Below, one piece after another: positions 51,901-64,000 of a stretch of DNA of 64,000 nt. The notes under the pieces are model-generated. The model did not search any database. It saw nothing but the letters and a program-made list of their open reading frames with translations, and was not told where the DNA came from. A program made the translations under genes and the position numbers. Within the stretch, counting starts at the first letter, position 1. The number at the start of each line of letters is the position of its first letter. The stretch comes from Lytechinus pictus (Eukaryota): NCBI RefSeq assembly GCF_037042905.1, contig NC_087251.1, forward strand, positions 3,412,001 to 3,476,000, written 5' to 3'.

Positions 51901-54900
51901 ATAAAGTCGCTCATAACTTTCAAACAGCTATATGAAACACCCACCCGCTTTGGTAGGCAGAGGCATAAAAAGGCCAAAGGGTGTAATTTCAAGCTCCTTT
52001 AATCTTTTGGGAAAGCCTTACCTGATTCTTTAGCTGATGCACTTCTTTTCTTAGGAGGGGCTCTAGAGGCAGCTCCTGATGGGCCTGGTTCATCATCCTT
52101 TGACATCTTACGCCCCTGAGAAGGTTCTCTTTCCTTAGAGGAGGCTTTTCTCTTCTTAGATATGACCGGTGATCCAGCAGGAACAGCAGATGATTGAGAG
52201 CCAAAGTCAAAGACAGATCCTTCTTTAATTCCTTCACGCTTGATGACAGTTCTACATAGTGTTCTTAGTTTATTGTAATCAGGTTTCTCATCATATCCCA
52301 TCTGAAAGGCATAGGTCAGGAAAGTCTTGAGTTCACCTAAGCAGGAAAAAAAAAATTCATTACTCACTAGGCACATCCATTATTTAGGTTACATAAGTCT
52401 AAAAGACTGAATACTGCCAAAGTAGGGATTTTCCTTTATTTTAATTCCAGTGCTACATTTTGAGCACACCAACCCAATTTTGCTAAATTGTATTACCGTT
52501 TATATCAGACCCTATGTGAATTTCAGGGGCTCTTTATTTACTGAGGGTCCTGCGGTCCAGTGGTTAGAGCATTGGACTCATACTCGCAAGGTTGTGAGTT
52601 CATATCCCAACTCTGCCATTGTCGCCACTTTGATAAAAAGGCCAAAGAGTGAGATCTGTCGTCTATAACGTCAGCCACTATGACTGATTAACCTAGACGT
52701 AAAATGTTTCCTAGATAATTGGTTATATACCAGCTTGGCGTTTACCAGCAAAATGCTGTCCTGCCGAGTTCCTGCAGGAGTTACCATAAACATAAACCTT
52801 TCCAGGGCTCTGTACGGCATTTTAGGGGTGAATACGCCCTGAGTCCCTGTATAATATTACCATGCCTATTGTTGATCCACAATATCTCATTCCCCTTGTA
52901 CAAGCTTAGCATGCATTTCCAGGCATTTTAAAACTTTAAATAAATAATACAACTTAAAATGACGAAAATCATTTGAAGCATTCAAATAATAGAATCACAA
53001 TCTCTTTATAAGATCCTTGATATATAAGATGAAGCTTGTGCAAGGGGAATGATGCACTATGGGTTCTCATCTTTGTATTTTGTTTCTCACCTTCATCTAG
53101 AGATGAGTATTCAATATGTTTGTGTAGTGTATCTTTAAAGTGACCAAGAAAAAAACCCAGAAATATATTTCCACAAATGCTTTCATATACATGCAGTTCT
53201 TTAGAACATATCCTCTTATACGTAAGATTTGTTGGCTTAAAAATAATATCAATATCTTCATGCAAATTTAAACTACTACGACTAATTACCAAATTATTAT
53301 AAGGGGGGGTAAATTAGAGTAACATTGTCTATGAATAATACATACTTGGATATGAAGAACTGAAACAAGCCTTGAGTAGTCCTGGAACATCCTTTGAATA
53401 TCTGTAAGAAAATGATATTGAGGGAATGAATGTAAGGTCATATGCAATTAGTCTTAGCCATGCATATGTGATGGTTGAGAGGGGGGGGGGGGGTTGCAGA
53501 TGGGAAATAAACAGGCAAGACATTTATCAAACAGTAAATAAAATCGTAAGAAATAAATTTCATTATTTCCCAGCTGAGAGACCCCCCACAATACTTTGTA
53601 TAATAAAAAAAATCATTATTTTACTGAACTCTTGTTTGTACAGTGTGTCTCTAAAAAAAGTAAACCCAACTTCAACGGCAAATTTTCAGAAAAGTAAAGA
53701 ATATTTACACATTATTTTTTCATGGTTAGATAGTCCAATAAGTCCTCTGTCCAATTACATCACTTAGGTTATCTAACTCTCATGCATGACTGAGCATGAA
53801 TCAACTGAGTGAACTGGTGTCAAATCATCACTGTGGCAAGTTATTTCTTGTTATTTTCATGCATTCAAGGCCTATTTGAAGTTAAACTGGTTCTGTGATC
53901 AACATACTTTCTCACATTGTACCAGATGGCCCTTTTGTTGGAGGCTGCCTCTCGGGGAACTGCACCCGAAAAGCCTCTTGAACTTCCACGAAACTTCTTG
54001 TTTCCTGGTATCGAGTTACCAGGAATACTCTGCTCAATTGTCAACTGTACCATGTTTGGAAAGCATGTGAAGTGTGCCTGTGTTAAGAACAACCTCTGCT
54101 GAAGTTGTTATGTAATCGTAGGCCTAACATGTGACCAAAATTTAACTTCAAATAGGCCTTGAATGCATGACAATAGCAAGAAATAACTTGCCACAGTGAT
54201 GATTTAATCATAGGCCTAACATGTGACAAACATTTAACTTCAAATAGGCCTTGAATGCATGACAATAACAAGAAATAACTTGCCACAGTGATGATTTGAC
54301 ACCAGTTCACTAAGTCGAATCATGCTCAGTCATGCATGAGAGTTAGAAAACCTATGTGATGTAATTGGACAGAGGACTTATTGGACTATCTAGCCATAAA
54401 AAAATAATGTGTAAATATATTTTAGTTTTCTGAAAATTTGCTGTTGAAGTTGGGTTTACTTTTTTTAGAGACACGCTGTATTAGTATTAGGGGAAGGCGG
54501 GGTAAGTTGAGCCACCACCTCCAGGCCAATAATGAATGAGTCAGACATTATGGTGGTGTCATGTATTGATGACCCATTACATAACCCTTAACCCCACCAC
54601 ATTGTTTTCAATTTTGAAACAAAAAGTAATTTTTTAGAGGGAAAAATACAAATTTCAGCCAAAAAAGTAAAAAGGGTGTGAAATAGGTAATTGCTTTTTA
54701 CCCACACACGTCTTTAAATATAGTAAAGAAATAAGAACAATATTGTTAGTCCAGGTATGGATTCCAATTCTTGTCATAGTCTTTGACATGATGGATTCAT
54801 AAGAAATGTGTGGATGTGAAAATATCGCAAAAAGTTCGGACTGGGGTAATTTGAGCCAGCCAACATGGGGCAAGTTGAGCCATAGTAATTCTTATGGTAA

Positions 54901-57900
54901 TGTATAATAAAAAACAAACAAACCTTTAACGCCATTGATATGCAGGCAGAAAGGAGCAAATTCACATGACAGTTCTTTCACTGTTAGAGGATGTTAGTAT
55001 TTATAGAGAATTAGCGAGTGAAAAGTCTTTAAATATAAAATTGACATGCTGGTTCTTCCCGCCTACATTTTGTACATAGTTTTTGTGGCTCAACTTACCC
55101 CAGACGTTGGCACAATTTACCCCACAGATGGGGCAAGTTGAGCCATTTGACATCGTTTTTTTCAAAGGTCACAATGACTATCAGTGTGGGGGTAGAAAGT
55201 TATATATAATTATGTGAAAAATATTTCCCAAGAATCAAATCTAAAGGCTAGGTACTTATTTCGACAATATTATTAGTCATATCAATTCTTAAAAGCAAAA
55301 TGCAAAAAGTGTCACAACTTACCCCGCCTTCCCCTATTTAATTTGAATATGGGAAATAAATGAATTGAAATAAATCAAAATTTGCAATGTTTCCTCATTC
55401 GTTTTCTTGTTTTTTTATGATTAAAAAAGTGTCACCAATGAATTCCATCCAATAAAGGGGGAAAACAAAAGGTTTTAATGGACTATATAATCTTACATAA
55501 ACTTAATAGAGCTATTAGAGCAGTAGATCATTTAATACTTAAAGTTTAAACAATAAACTGCTGACTTTACTAGTTATTCAGACGCCCCATTAATTCAGTA
55601 TTCTTAGGTGCTAGGACAAGATAGTTGCCATTACTTAATGTTGATAACTGAGTTTAAACAAAGATGAGCTTACTTGATTTTTTGTTTCATGACGTAGTCT
55701 AGATCTGTGAGTTTGTTTTCCCATGGTAACGTTGTACATAGCCATTGAAGCATTACATAGCCAAGGATCTGTATGTCACCACGACGTGATGGAGCTATCT
55801 CAGGCAGACAATTCAAAAGAAACAAAATTACATCATGAGAAATCACGGCTTGATCTTTCACCTTGTCCCCTTATTTCTAATAGATATTACTGGTATATTC
55901 CCTGTAGAATTACAAATAATATGTTAAAGACATACATGACTGGTTACATGAATTACAAGAATAACACTAATCACTGAAAATTCCACATTCTGATTCATAC
56001 GCATTATCATTGAGACAATGCAATAATGTTCGTAGATTTCTTACTTGGAGAAAACAAAAAAAACTACTACTTTGGTTGATTCTCTACTCAGAAAGCAAGT
56101 GTTTTAATTAAACATTGACATATTTACTACAGCCTAATGGAACTGAACGATCATAGTCTCTTCTCTATCATGCATTGTACAATATCCACTCCTTATCTAT
56201 TACAGTTGAAGTGGTTGGTAAATCCAAAACAATATAGGTGTATTCTAGGCCAAAGAATGAATACCAAAATTACTCTTAACAATCATGGAAAAAGATATAA
56301 TTTGTTTTTCTTCAAATATTTCAAGTACTTTAATTTTAGGTAAATATGAATTGAAATATCCAAGGTTACTGGTTGGATACATAAATTATAAGACAATGAC
56401 TGACATGCTCCCACAGATTTCTATGAAAAACCTAACTAGCAAGAGAAAATCATATCTCAATGTAACATTTGGTCTCATATATTTTCTGTGATTTTTAGGT
56501 TTTATTTTTTATTAACACCACCCATATTAACAATGTATGTTTATCAAATTTACAATCATATGTGAATAGTGGAAAAAGTGATGAACTATCTCATGTTTAT
56601 GGCAGGCATATTGAAAGGTACTCCAGGCTGAAGTAAATATGATTTAAACAGATAAAGAAAAATCAGACAAACAAAACACTGAAAATTTGATCAAAATCGG
56701 ACAAGGAATAACAAAGTTATGACATTTTAAAGTTTTACATTTTCCGGTGAAACAGTTCTAGGCATGTCTTCATGAATATTCAATGAGCAAATTTATGATG
56801 TCATATCCCCACTTGTTTTTTTTTTGTATTTTATTACATGAAATTGGGTTTATTCAAAAATTTTCGTCCAAGAACTAAAAAGATTTGATTGACAACTGAT
56901 TTAGTGCATTAGATATTAATTGCTGCAACTTATTTCATTCTAAGGGAGACATATTATTCACACATGTATGAAATAATGAAACAATTATGATTTCATGTAA
57001 TTACATAAGAAAAGGGAAACTGGGGATGTGACATAGTCACCCACCTAATGAATATTCATGATGACGTGCATATAACTGTTTTTACAAAATATTGCAATAC
57101 TTTAAAATTCAATAACTTGCTATCCGATTTTGATGAAATTTACGGCATTTTGCTCTGTGAATTTTACTGTATTTATTCAGATATAAATATTTTCAGCCCG
57201 GAGCATCCCTTGAAGAATTCAAATATTTGATTATTCCCAGGCCAAGTGTGTTCTATCAATTTTATTTCATTAATAAAAATAATAGCAAACTGAAGCACTA
57301 TTAAAATTAATGATAACTCACAGACTCCTAAGTGAGCATCAATGCTTGTGAATTCTGGAGTGCCATTGTGTCCTTTCTTGGGAAATTCTTTGTACTCTCT
57401 ATGTTTACCATCAGGCCTGTATCTGTTCACTAAACCATAGTCAGCAAGGAACACCTGCAAAATGATAAATACTGGATTTTATATATCAGTTTAATGTCAC
57501 AGCTTTCTTATGGGTTCAGCAGTGCAGCAGTAAAAACAGAAAGATATGGGCTCGACCAAAATAAACGTTTGTTTGATTCACTAGTTGGCAGTTTACCAAA
57601 CAATTACTATTTTTAGAATCAATTACGTTCAACAATGCTCTGAATGGTAAAGTTCCACATTCATTATACCACTGTATTATTGAAGTTTAATTCCAAGTTT
57701 GTAAACTGTCTAATACTTGTATTGGTGACGTAACATTTATGGTGCAAATATCTCCAATGATTGGAAACTTTTCCACCATTAAAGTGCCTGTATTTGCAAA
57801 CACTTGCACTGCAGTCAAATATACCTGCATAATTTAGAAGTTTCATCAATTTACTCCCGATTTCTATATATGCTCAATTTATTTATTTATCTTTTTTTTT

Positions 57901-60900
57901 TACCTTATTCTTATCTTTTTGTGAGTAACCCAGTAGCAGATTGGCACTCTTGATATCAGCATGAACATAATCCTTTTCATGGAGGTATTCTAATGCATCC
58001 AGCTAGAAGTAATAAAAAAGAGGATTTTATGAAATAAGCAAACGTAATTCACATCTACATATATTAAAATCTTATGAACAAATTAGATCATATGAATCTC
58101 TCAAGAATTTACCGAGGCTATTCTACATTATTTTGCTGTAGAAAAGTTAACAACAAATAATATATTCCGCAATTGTCCTATTCCATTTCATGATATATAT
58201 AAAAGTTACATAAATCACTGAAGTTGATAGATCTATTTTATCTTAATATTTAATCATCATTCCAAAACCTAACTGATGCAAACCAGAGCACATTTCATAA
58301 AGACTTGAGTTTTAACTATGTCACTAGCTACGATGGAATCTTAATTTTGAATGGCTAAGTCCTCTTTTCATGATAGTTAGCATAATCGCCAAGTAATAAC
58401 AATCTCATGTCCTTTATGAAATGGCCACAGATTACCAATGCAACATTACTTAATAAACAACAAGAGTGCGAGCACATAATACGCCCGCCTGTAACATGGA
58501 AAATGGAGTTATTGGTCAAGCAAGAAAAGTGGGAGGTGGCGACTTCACCTTTTACCTTTTGACCTCAAAATCAATAGGCTTCCTGGGATCCATAATAGTA
58601 TCATACACACCAAATTATATGAGCCTGGGTTTAAGTGAAACTAAAGTGATCGTGTTTACAAGGACTTCAAAAGGGCAAGATGAAAACATGTCACTGTGAT
58701 CCTGACCTTTAACCTAAAAATCAATAGACTTCCTGTGATCCATGCTAGTATCATACACACCAAATTATATGAGCCTAGGTTAAGTCAAACTGAAGTTATC
58801 ACGTTTACAAGGAAAAGTTAACGGACGGACGGAAACACCGAGCGTGATACCATAATATGTCCCATAGGACGGGCGTATAAAAAGACAAAAAATAATAGAA
58901 ATTTAGATAAGAATAATATATGGTGGTGTAAAGATGACTTACGACTTGAATTGTTAAAGCAAAGACTACTCCTGGTGTGAATTTCTTGTTGCATGCCAGA
59001 TATTTCTTCCATATATCTTCACCAAACAAAGGCATCACTAGGAATCTGTATTTGATTTCTTGACAGTTATGGCTTCCAAATCCACACAGCTTAGGTACAC
59101 CTAGGTGAGATAGTTTCTGTTGCTTCTGCCACTTTGTGACTGTTTGTGAAAATGAGATGCATTTTTACATGGGTACAAGAAAAAGATTGTCAAATATACC
59201 CTATTTTAAATATTTAGAACTCTACTCAGTTGATCTGTTAGTGTTTAGATCCATCTTGAATATATTGCCAACTGCCAAGCTAGATAGATTTGATATAATG
59301 AGCACAAGATAAAATTCATCATTCAGCTATTGCGCATGATAATTAGTTGGTACACTACATTGTTAAATTTGCTATACAATTATAGTAAATATGTTTTGAC
59401 TGACATAGCAGTGTGAATGCTTACCTTCCTCTGATTGAGCAGCTCTCTGATAGAAATGGAGTTCTGTGTAAAGGGGTCCATTCTCATGGGGTTCCTATAT
59501 GAAATGTAAATTACATCTTATTCAACATTATAAAATAAAAACTGCAAACAGGGAAAGAACCATTTCTTTGGAAGATCTGATTTAAATAAAGTATTCATAC
59601 ATTTAGAATGGTGATTGATAAAAACAAATCTTGATTTAAGATTTTCTTAAAAAACATGAACTTCCACTCCACTTCATATTACCTAATGCCCAATTAATTT
59701 CAACGACAATACAATTGGCAATTATCATACCGTGACTGTGTTAAACTTTAAATTCAAATAATAGTTAACAAGCCTACATGCATCAATAAAATGGAAGAAA
59801 TATGATTGCATTTTGTCAAAAGGTCCTTTTTACTTTTTAATAGTTATTCAATTTGACCTCGCTTACTCTAGGCCTTTATTTGATTCTGATGGACATTAAC
59901 AAGAGAAACTGGCCAGGAAACACAGTCAGTTAAATGAGGAGTTCAGAAAAGCAAGGTTGAAATATAATAATGTTATCTATACTACAGTGCTTTTCAACAT
60001 CCCTTACCCTCTTCATCTCAAGGCAAACTTTGGCTTTTATGAATATCTTGATAACAACTTTCACTCTATTTCAACATTAATCAGAAAGAAATTAAACATC
60101 AGAATTAAACCTGACAAACAATAAAGAATATATGTTATAAATATTGCCTACAAGGTAACTGCCTCTTTCCAACTTCATACAGAAATGTTTGACTTTTAAC
60201 ATGATCACATCATATTGATAACGATCTTTAAATTGTAAATTTTATGTCAATATATGTTGGTTGGGTGAATCTGAGAGGTGAAATCAAAATCAGATTTCAT
60301 TCTTTAATTTTTGAAAGTTTTAGCTGACTCATGGACAACTAGTTAGAGGTGCTTTTATACCGTGGAGTGTGATATACAGTAATACACTTTTCCAAAGAAA
60401 TATTAAACCAAATAAGAAAATATATTCAAGAAAAATAATGATTTTTTTTTAATTTAAAGAAAGTGCTGAAAATAAAAATAAATTGAAAATTGACTTACAA
60501 TCTTAATTACAAAGGTTCCATCATCTTTGGATTTACCAGGAGTATTCTCAGAAGCTATCAGAAAAAATAAACATTTTAGATTTATACACTTTAGATACAC
60601 TTTAAATTTATATATTTATTTTAGATTTCAATTTAAATAACAATATTATACTGATCAAATGTACACACATGACCAACTTTCAAGTCAAAAGAATGCATAG
60701 AGCCTTCATCACTTTTACAATGTAGGGGAGACCGGGGTTAGTTGGAACATTTTTGACAAAAATGGCTGTAAAATCCAAATATATTTTATTCGAGAAACAA
60801 TCAATATATCAGCTTGAAGCATATATCTAAGGGCTTCAAATGTACCCCATAACATTTTTAACTCTATGATGGTTACTAAAAAAACCACCTTGAACAAGAC

Positions 60901-63900
60901 CATCGCAAACGTTTCAACTTACCCCATATCAGGGTAAGTTGGAACACTGCATGGTCAATTAAGAATTATACTAAAACTACTTAAAACTGTAATATTACAT
61001 GGTTTGAGCCTATTTGCTTTATTTTTTTCAAGTTAAAAATATCTAAAGTGTGGATTTGTTGAAACTATATGTTTTCTATTATACAGCCACTCACGCAAGC
61101 AGACTGTGTAGTAGAATTCCGCGTATTTGTGTGTGTTTGATTTTACATGCAATTAAGTGTACTATCAGCAATTTCATGTACTTCTGCATTAAAGGACAAG
61201 TCCACCCCAACAAAAACTGGATTTTAATAAAAAGAGAAAAATTCAACAAGCATGACACTGAAAATTTCATCAAAATCGGATGTAAAATAAGAAAGTTATG
61301 GCATTTTAAAGTTTCGCTTCATTTCACAAAACAGTTATATGCACATCTCCGTCGGTATGCAAATGAGGGAACTGATGACATCACTCACTCACTATTTCTT
61401 TTGTATTTTATTATATGAAATACGAAATATTTTTTATTTTCTCGTCATCGTCATGTGAAATGAAGTTTCATTCCTCCCTGAACACGTGGAATTCCATTAT
61501 TTTAACATTATGTGCTTCAGACCATGGACCTATTACGAATGGACATTCAACGAGAGCATTTTATGACCACCACCTGTTTCCAGCTGTCAAAATTGCTGTC
61601 TAACCCTTAACTTTCTCTTTACGCGGTTTTTACGACGACCGCCCGGGGCGATTGTTTACACAAGCTTCTTTCGGCCGATGATCGTCACCGATCGATCACT
61701 GGCCCTCTTTCGACCAAAGACGGTCATGTTGTAGCCCCGATTGCCAATAGGGAAAGTCCCTACATTACCTAGAATGCAACGCGCAATTCATATCCGCTTT
61801 TTCAGTACATTATTTTAGGCTGTCTATAATGTGCGATTGTCGTCTGTCCATCAAAAAAAATCCCGTTAAATTTCATCAATCCTGTGGAATTTTATGCCCA
61901 AATGAAAATCAACTTCTGACCGAAGGTAAGCGCTACTATCGACATCAATACTGTCAATACTGTTTTTCCGCAGATTTTTTCGTCAAATTTCAACTGCTTT
62001 TTTGCCGTAGATATACGGATCTGCAAGGTGATGTCAATGCATTTCATTTCCGGTTGTTAGCGATGTACGTAAAAAATACGTTTATGCACGCCTGTTTTCT
62101 TGTTTCTGCTATCATTTTCATAGCGCTGCTGTGCGTTGCTTTTGATAAAGTGAACGAACAACATCGCAATGGGTAGGAGCAGCGTACAATTGATTTCCGC
62201 TGTCCATCAGTGAGAGCGTGTTTTACGACCGGCTTGATGGGTGTCAGCTGCCAGCGCTCTGTTTATAAAAGGATTAGCGGCGACGGTCTTTGGGTCAAAG
62301 GAGGGGATTCGTTGATTGTCCATTCGTAATAGGTCCATGTTCAGACAAGGAGGTCCTATTCGTCAAATTCATAAAAATTGAAATATTGTATAATTCAAAC
62401 AATAAAAAACAAAAGAAATAGTGAGTGACATCATCAACTCTCTCATTTGGATGTTACTGGCTCGTTCATATAACTCTTTTGTTAAAAATAAGCGAAATTT
62501 TGAAATGTCATAACTTTCTTATTTTACATCCGATTTTGATGAAATTTTCAGCATTGTGCTCGTCTGATTTTTCTCTATTGATTCAAATCAAAATTTTTCT
62601 GAGATGGACTTGACCTTTAAATTTACAAGACAAAAATTAATTGTTTACATTTTTTCAATTAAAGAATTATGCAAATAAGCATATGAAATTTGCCCTAAAT
62701 TTTTTTGTATGTTTTTGCCTTTTACTCTATTTATTAAGCTATTAGAATGCCAAGTTTTGGTGAGAGTATCAATTTTCACATTTATAAGAAATATCCACCA
62801 AAAATTGCAAAAATATAATTTCTTATGCATTTTTTTATTTTATTTGTATTTCTTTGTTTTTTCTAACTTTTTTTTTTTTAATTGTTTTTTCCAATGAACT
62901 TTGTCGGGGACTCTTTTGCGATCATAAATAGCATAAAATAAATCCATTTGAACCAACAAAAGTAAAAAATAATCATACATTTATGATTTTTGGTTGAAAA
63001 ACACAATTTGCATTGACCTTGTACATGGAATCATGTTTTGAGCAATTTTGGGTCCGACATGCACGTACAAATCGTTGCGTAATTTCGAAACCGAGCACCA
63101 AGGCATCGCAAATTTGGTATCAAATGATGCGCAAGACTTGAAAGTAAAAAGTCAGCGAGCAGTGTAGTAAAAAAATTTGCGCGATGGCGTAGTGACAAAA
63201 TTTCTTGAGGGGGGGGGGGGGGGGGCTCAAATTGACCCCCCTCCCGTTTGATAAGGGTTAATATTGCATTAGGCCTTAAATGCACACTCAGACCTAACTG
63301 GGAAACAAAACAAGCATTGTATACAATACATGTTCAGAAGAGTGTGAAATACTTCATACATATTTTCTCATATCCAATGTTTTTATTCATAATTATGTTT
63401 GGGGTACGTTGGAACATGTTCCAACTAGCCCCTTCAATTTTGTTCCGACTAACCCCGGAGGCCCATTTGACATTTATAAGCTTACAGCACAAAAAAGGGA
63501 CTTCACCATGGCATATTAATAACCTCATTTTGTAGCTTGGTACAAGTGTCTATTATACCCCCAAACTGGCCAACTTGATCTATAAACTTCTCTGAGATAA
63601 TAAAACATTTCTGAAAGAGAAAAAAATTACTCAGAAGGTGAAAAAACAAAAATTCCTTTCTAACTTCACCAGGCTTGTTGCACATGTGGTGTCTGTAATA
63701 TGGTGGATGGCTGTTGATAATGGCAATAAATTAAGGGCAGTATTGCAGAAATTTATTTATAGACGTTAAAGAAAATTACAATGTTTCAACTAACCCCAGT
63801 CTCCCCTACTCTTGGAAACTTCTAATAGCAGAATGATCAATCATTGTTTGATTGATCATTAAATGATGATGATGATAATAATAATGATAAAAATCAAAGT

Positions 63901-64000
63901 AAACAACAAAGTGAGTGTAAACCAAGTCACAATTTAACCTCTGTAAATCATTCCAAATCCTCCTTGTCCAATGGGTTTTCCAAGTTTCCATTCTTTTTTT
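42509..64000 (-). CDS. VRK1: Vaccinia-related kinase (VRK1-like) Ser/Thr kinase; 5' end lies beyond the window
   Basis: Exons 63939-64000 ([19 protein letters not shown]), 60499-60554 (FVIKI), 59425-59494 ([19 protein letters not shown]), 58943-59139 ([16 protein letters not shown]), 57904-58002 ([22 protein letters not shown]), 57322-57454 ([23 protein letters not shown]), 55674-55794 ([22 protein letters not shown]), 53346-53401, 52022-52336 (YDEKPDY), 43193-43288, 42509-42624 (stop TGA). All phases are compatible. DYG in place of DFG and the SRRGD motif are VRK hallmarks. Confidence 0.93.
42850..42943. repeat. (TAG)n/(TGG)n microsatellite in the last VRK1 intron
   Basis: Read directly from the sequence. 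Confidence 0.9.
44664..47969 (+). mobile_element. L2/CR1-group non-LTR retrotransposon (APE endonuclease + RT), inactivated, in a VRK1 intron
   Basis: APE motifs [46 protein letters not shown] motifs [31 protein letters not shown]. 3' tail AATAAA(TTGAA)3 at ~47948-47969. Confidence 0.92.
44720..47708 (+). pseudogene. LINE ORF2 disrupted by a frameshifting deletion (~45420) and an in-frame TGA (~45465)
   Basis: ORFs 44720..45445 and 45570..47708 are bridged by [32 protein letters not shown], which is in the frame of the second ORF. Confidence 0.85.
47969..48909 (+). mobile_element. Tc1/mariner deletion derivative with long TIRs and a transposase HTH remnant
   Basis: 47969-48125 is the inverted copy of ~48700-48859. 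The right end reads ...CTTTTTTTGCCGAGTG+TA. Internal remnant [38 protein letters not shown] (48250-48420) fits a Tc1 paired-like HTH and GRPR motif. Confidence 0.85.
51778..51945. repeat. Small palindromic MITE
   Basis: GGGCATTTCATAAAGTTGTT...CTGGTGATCCTT / AAGGATCACCAG...AACAGCTATATGAAACACCC. Confidence 0.55.
52545..52800 (+). mobile_element. tRNA-derived SINE
   Basis: Head GGGTCCTGCGGTCCAGTGGTTAGAGCATTGGACTCATACTCGCAAGGTTGTGAGTTCATATCCC with A- and B-box-like motifs, followed by a non-tRNA body. Confidence 0.65.
53641..54478. mobile_element. Tc1/mariner-type MITE with ~245-bp TIRs
   Basis: TA|CAGTGTGTCTCTAAAAAAAGTAAACCC...GGGTTTACTTTTTTTAGAGACACGCTG|TA. There is a ~90-bp internal tandem duplication at 54119-54297. 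Confidence 0.85.
54490..55333. mobile_element. TA-flanked MITE with GGGGAAGGCGGGGTAAGTTG termini
   Basis: TA|GGGGAAGGCGGGGTAAGTTG...CAACTTACCCCGCCTTCCCC|TA, with internal GGGGCAAGTTGAGCCA repeats. Termini resemble those of 60725-63806. Confidence 0.8.
56615..57211. mobile_element. Related Kolobok-like MITE (divergent subfamily)
   Basis: AAAGGTACTCCAGGCTGAA...TTCAGCCCGGAGCATCCCTT. Shares the CTGAAAATTTGATCAAAATCGG..AAAGTTATG subterminal block. Confidence 0.65.
58460..58885 (+). mobile_element. Pearl/HINE-like element
   Basis: ACAAGAG start, subterminal inverted repeat ATACGCCCG / CGGGCGTAT, two ~140-bp internal repeats and a (GACG)n microsatellite. Confidence 0.65.
61193..62616. mobile_element. 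TTAA-flanked Kolobok-like MITE, copy 3, interrupted by a P-like MITE
   Basis: TTAA|AGGACAAGTCCACCCC...GATGGACTTGACCT|TTAA. Confidence 0.8.
61523..62339. mobile_element. P-element-like non-autonomous transposon
   Basis: 31-bp TIR CATGGACCTATTACGAATGGACA(T/A)TCAACGA with one mismatch; 7-bp TSD TTCAGAC on both sides. Confidence 0.8.

Larger units (their letters stand above)
60725..63806. mobile_element. TA-flanked TIR element hosting nested MITEs
   Basis: GTAGGGGAGACCGGGGTTAGTTGGAACAT at 60722 and its inverse ATGTTTCAACTAACCCCAGTCTCCCCTAC at 63781-63809. Confidence 0.75.

Noticed and set aside
52545..52617. Possible tRNA gene
   Set aside because: The acceptor stem does not pair well, the T-loop is degenerate (GTTCATATCC) and the sequence runs on into a SINE-like body.

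Overview
AT-rich, intron-rich animal genomic DNA. The repeat families suggest an echinoderm such as a sea urchin (inference). Two spliced protein-coding genes lie on the minus strand. (1) A complete gene (CDS 24999->3090, 20 coding exons I assembled by hand, ~2300 aa) encoding an uncharacterised type I membrane protein: signal peptide, 11 tandem ~190-aa repeats resembling bacterial lamin-tail-domain (LTD)-like extracellular modules, a SEA-like juxtamembrane domain with a GSVI motif, one TM helix and a ~90-aa tail ending ISYA. (2) The 3' part of a VRK1-like Ser/Thr kinase gene (11 exons, 64000->42509). The rest is dense in transposons: a 5'-truncated Penelope-like element (RT + GIY-YIG) with hammerhead-like motifs, a solo 105-bp palindrome made from its end, an inactivated L2/CR1-group LINE nested in a Tc1 remnant inside a HINE/Tsp-like element, a 5-kb foldback element, many MITEs, SINEs and simple repeats. 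Everything was read by eye; no searches were run.
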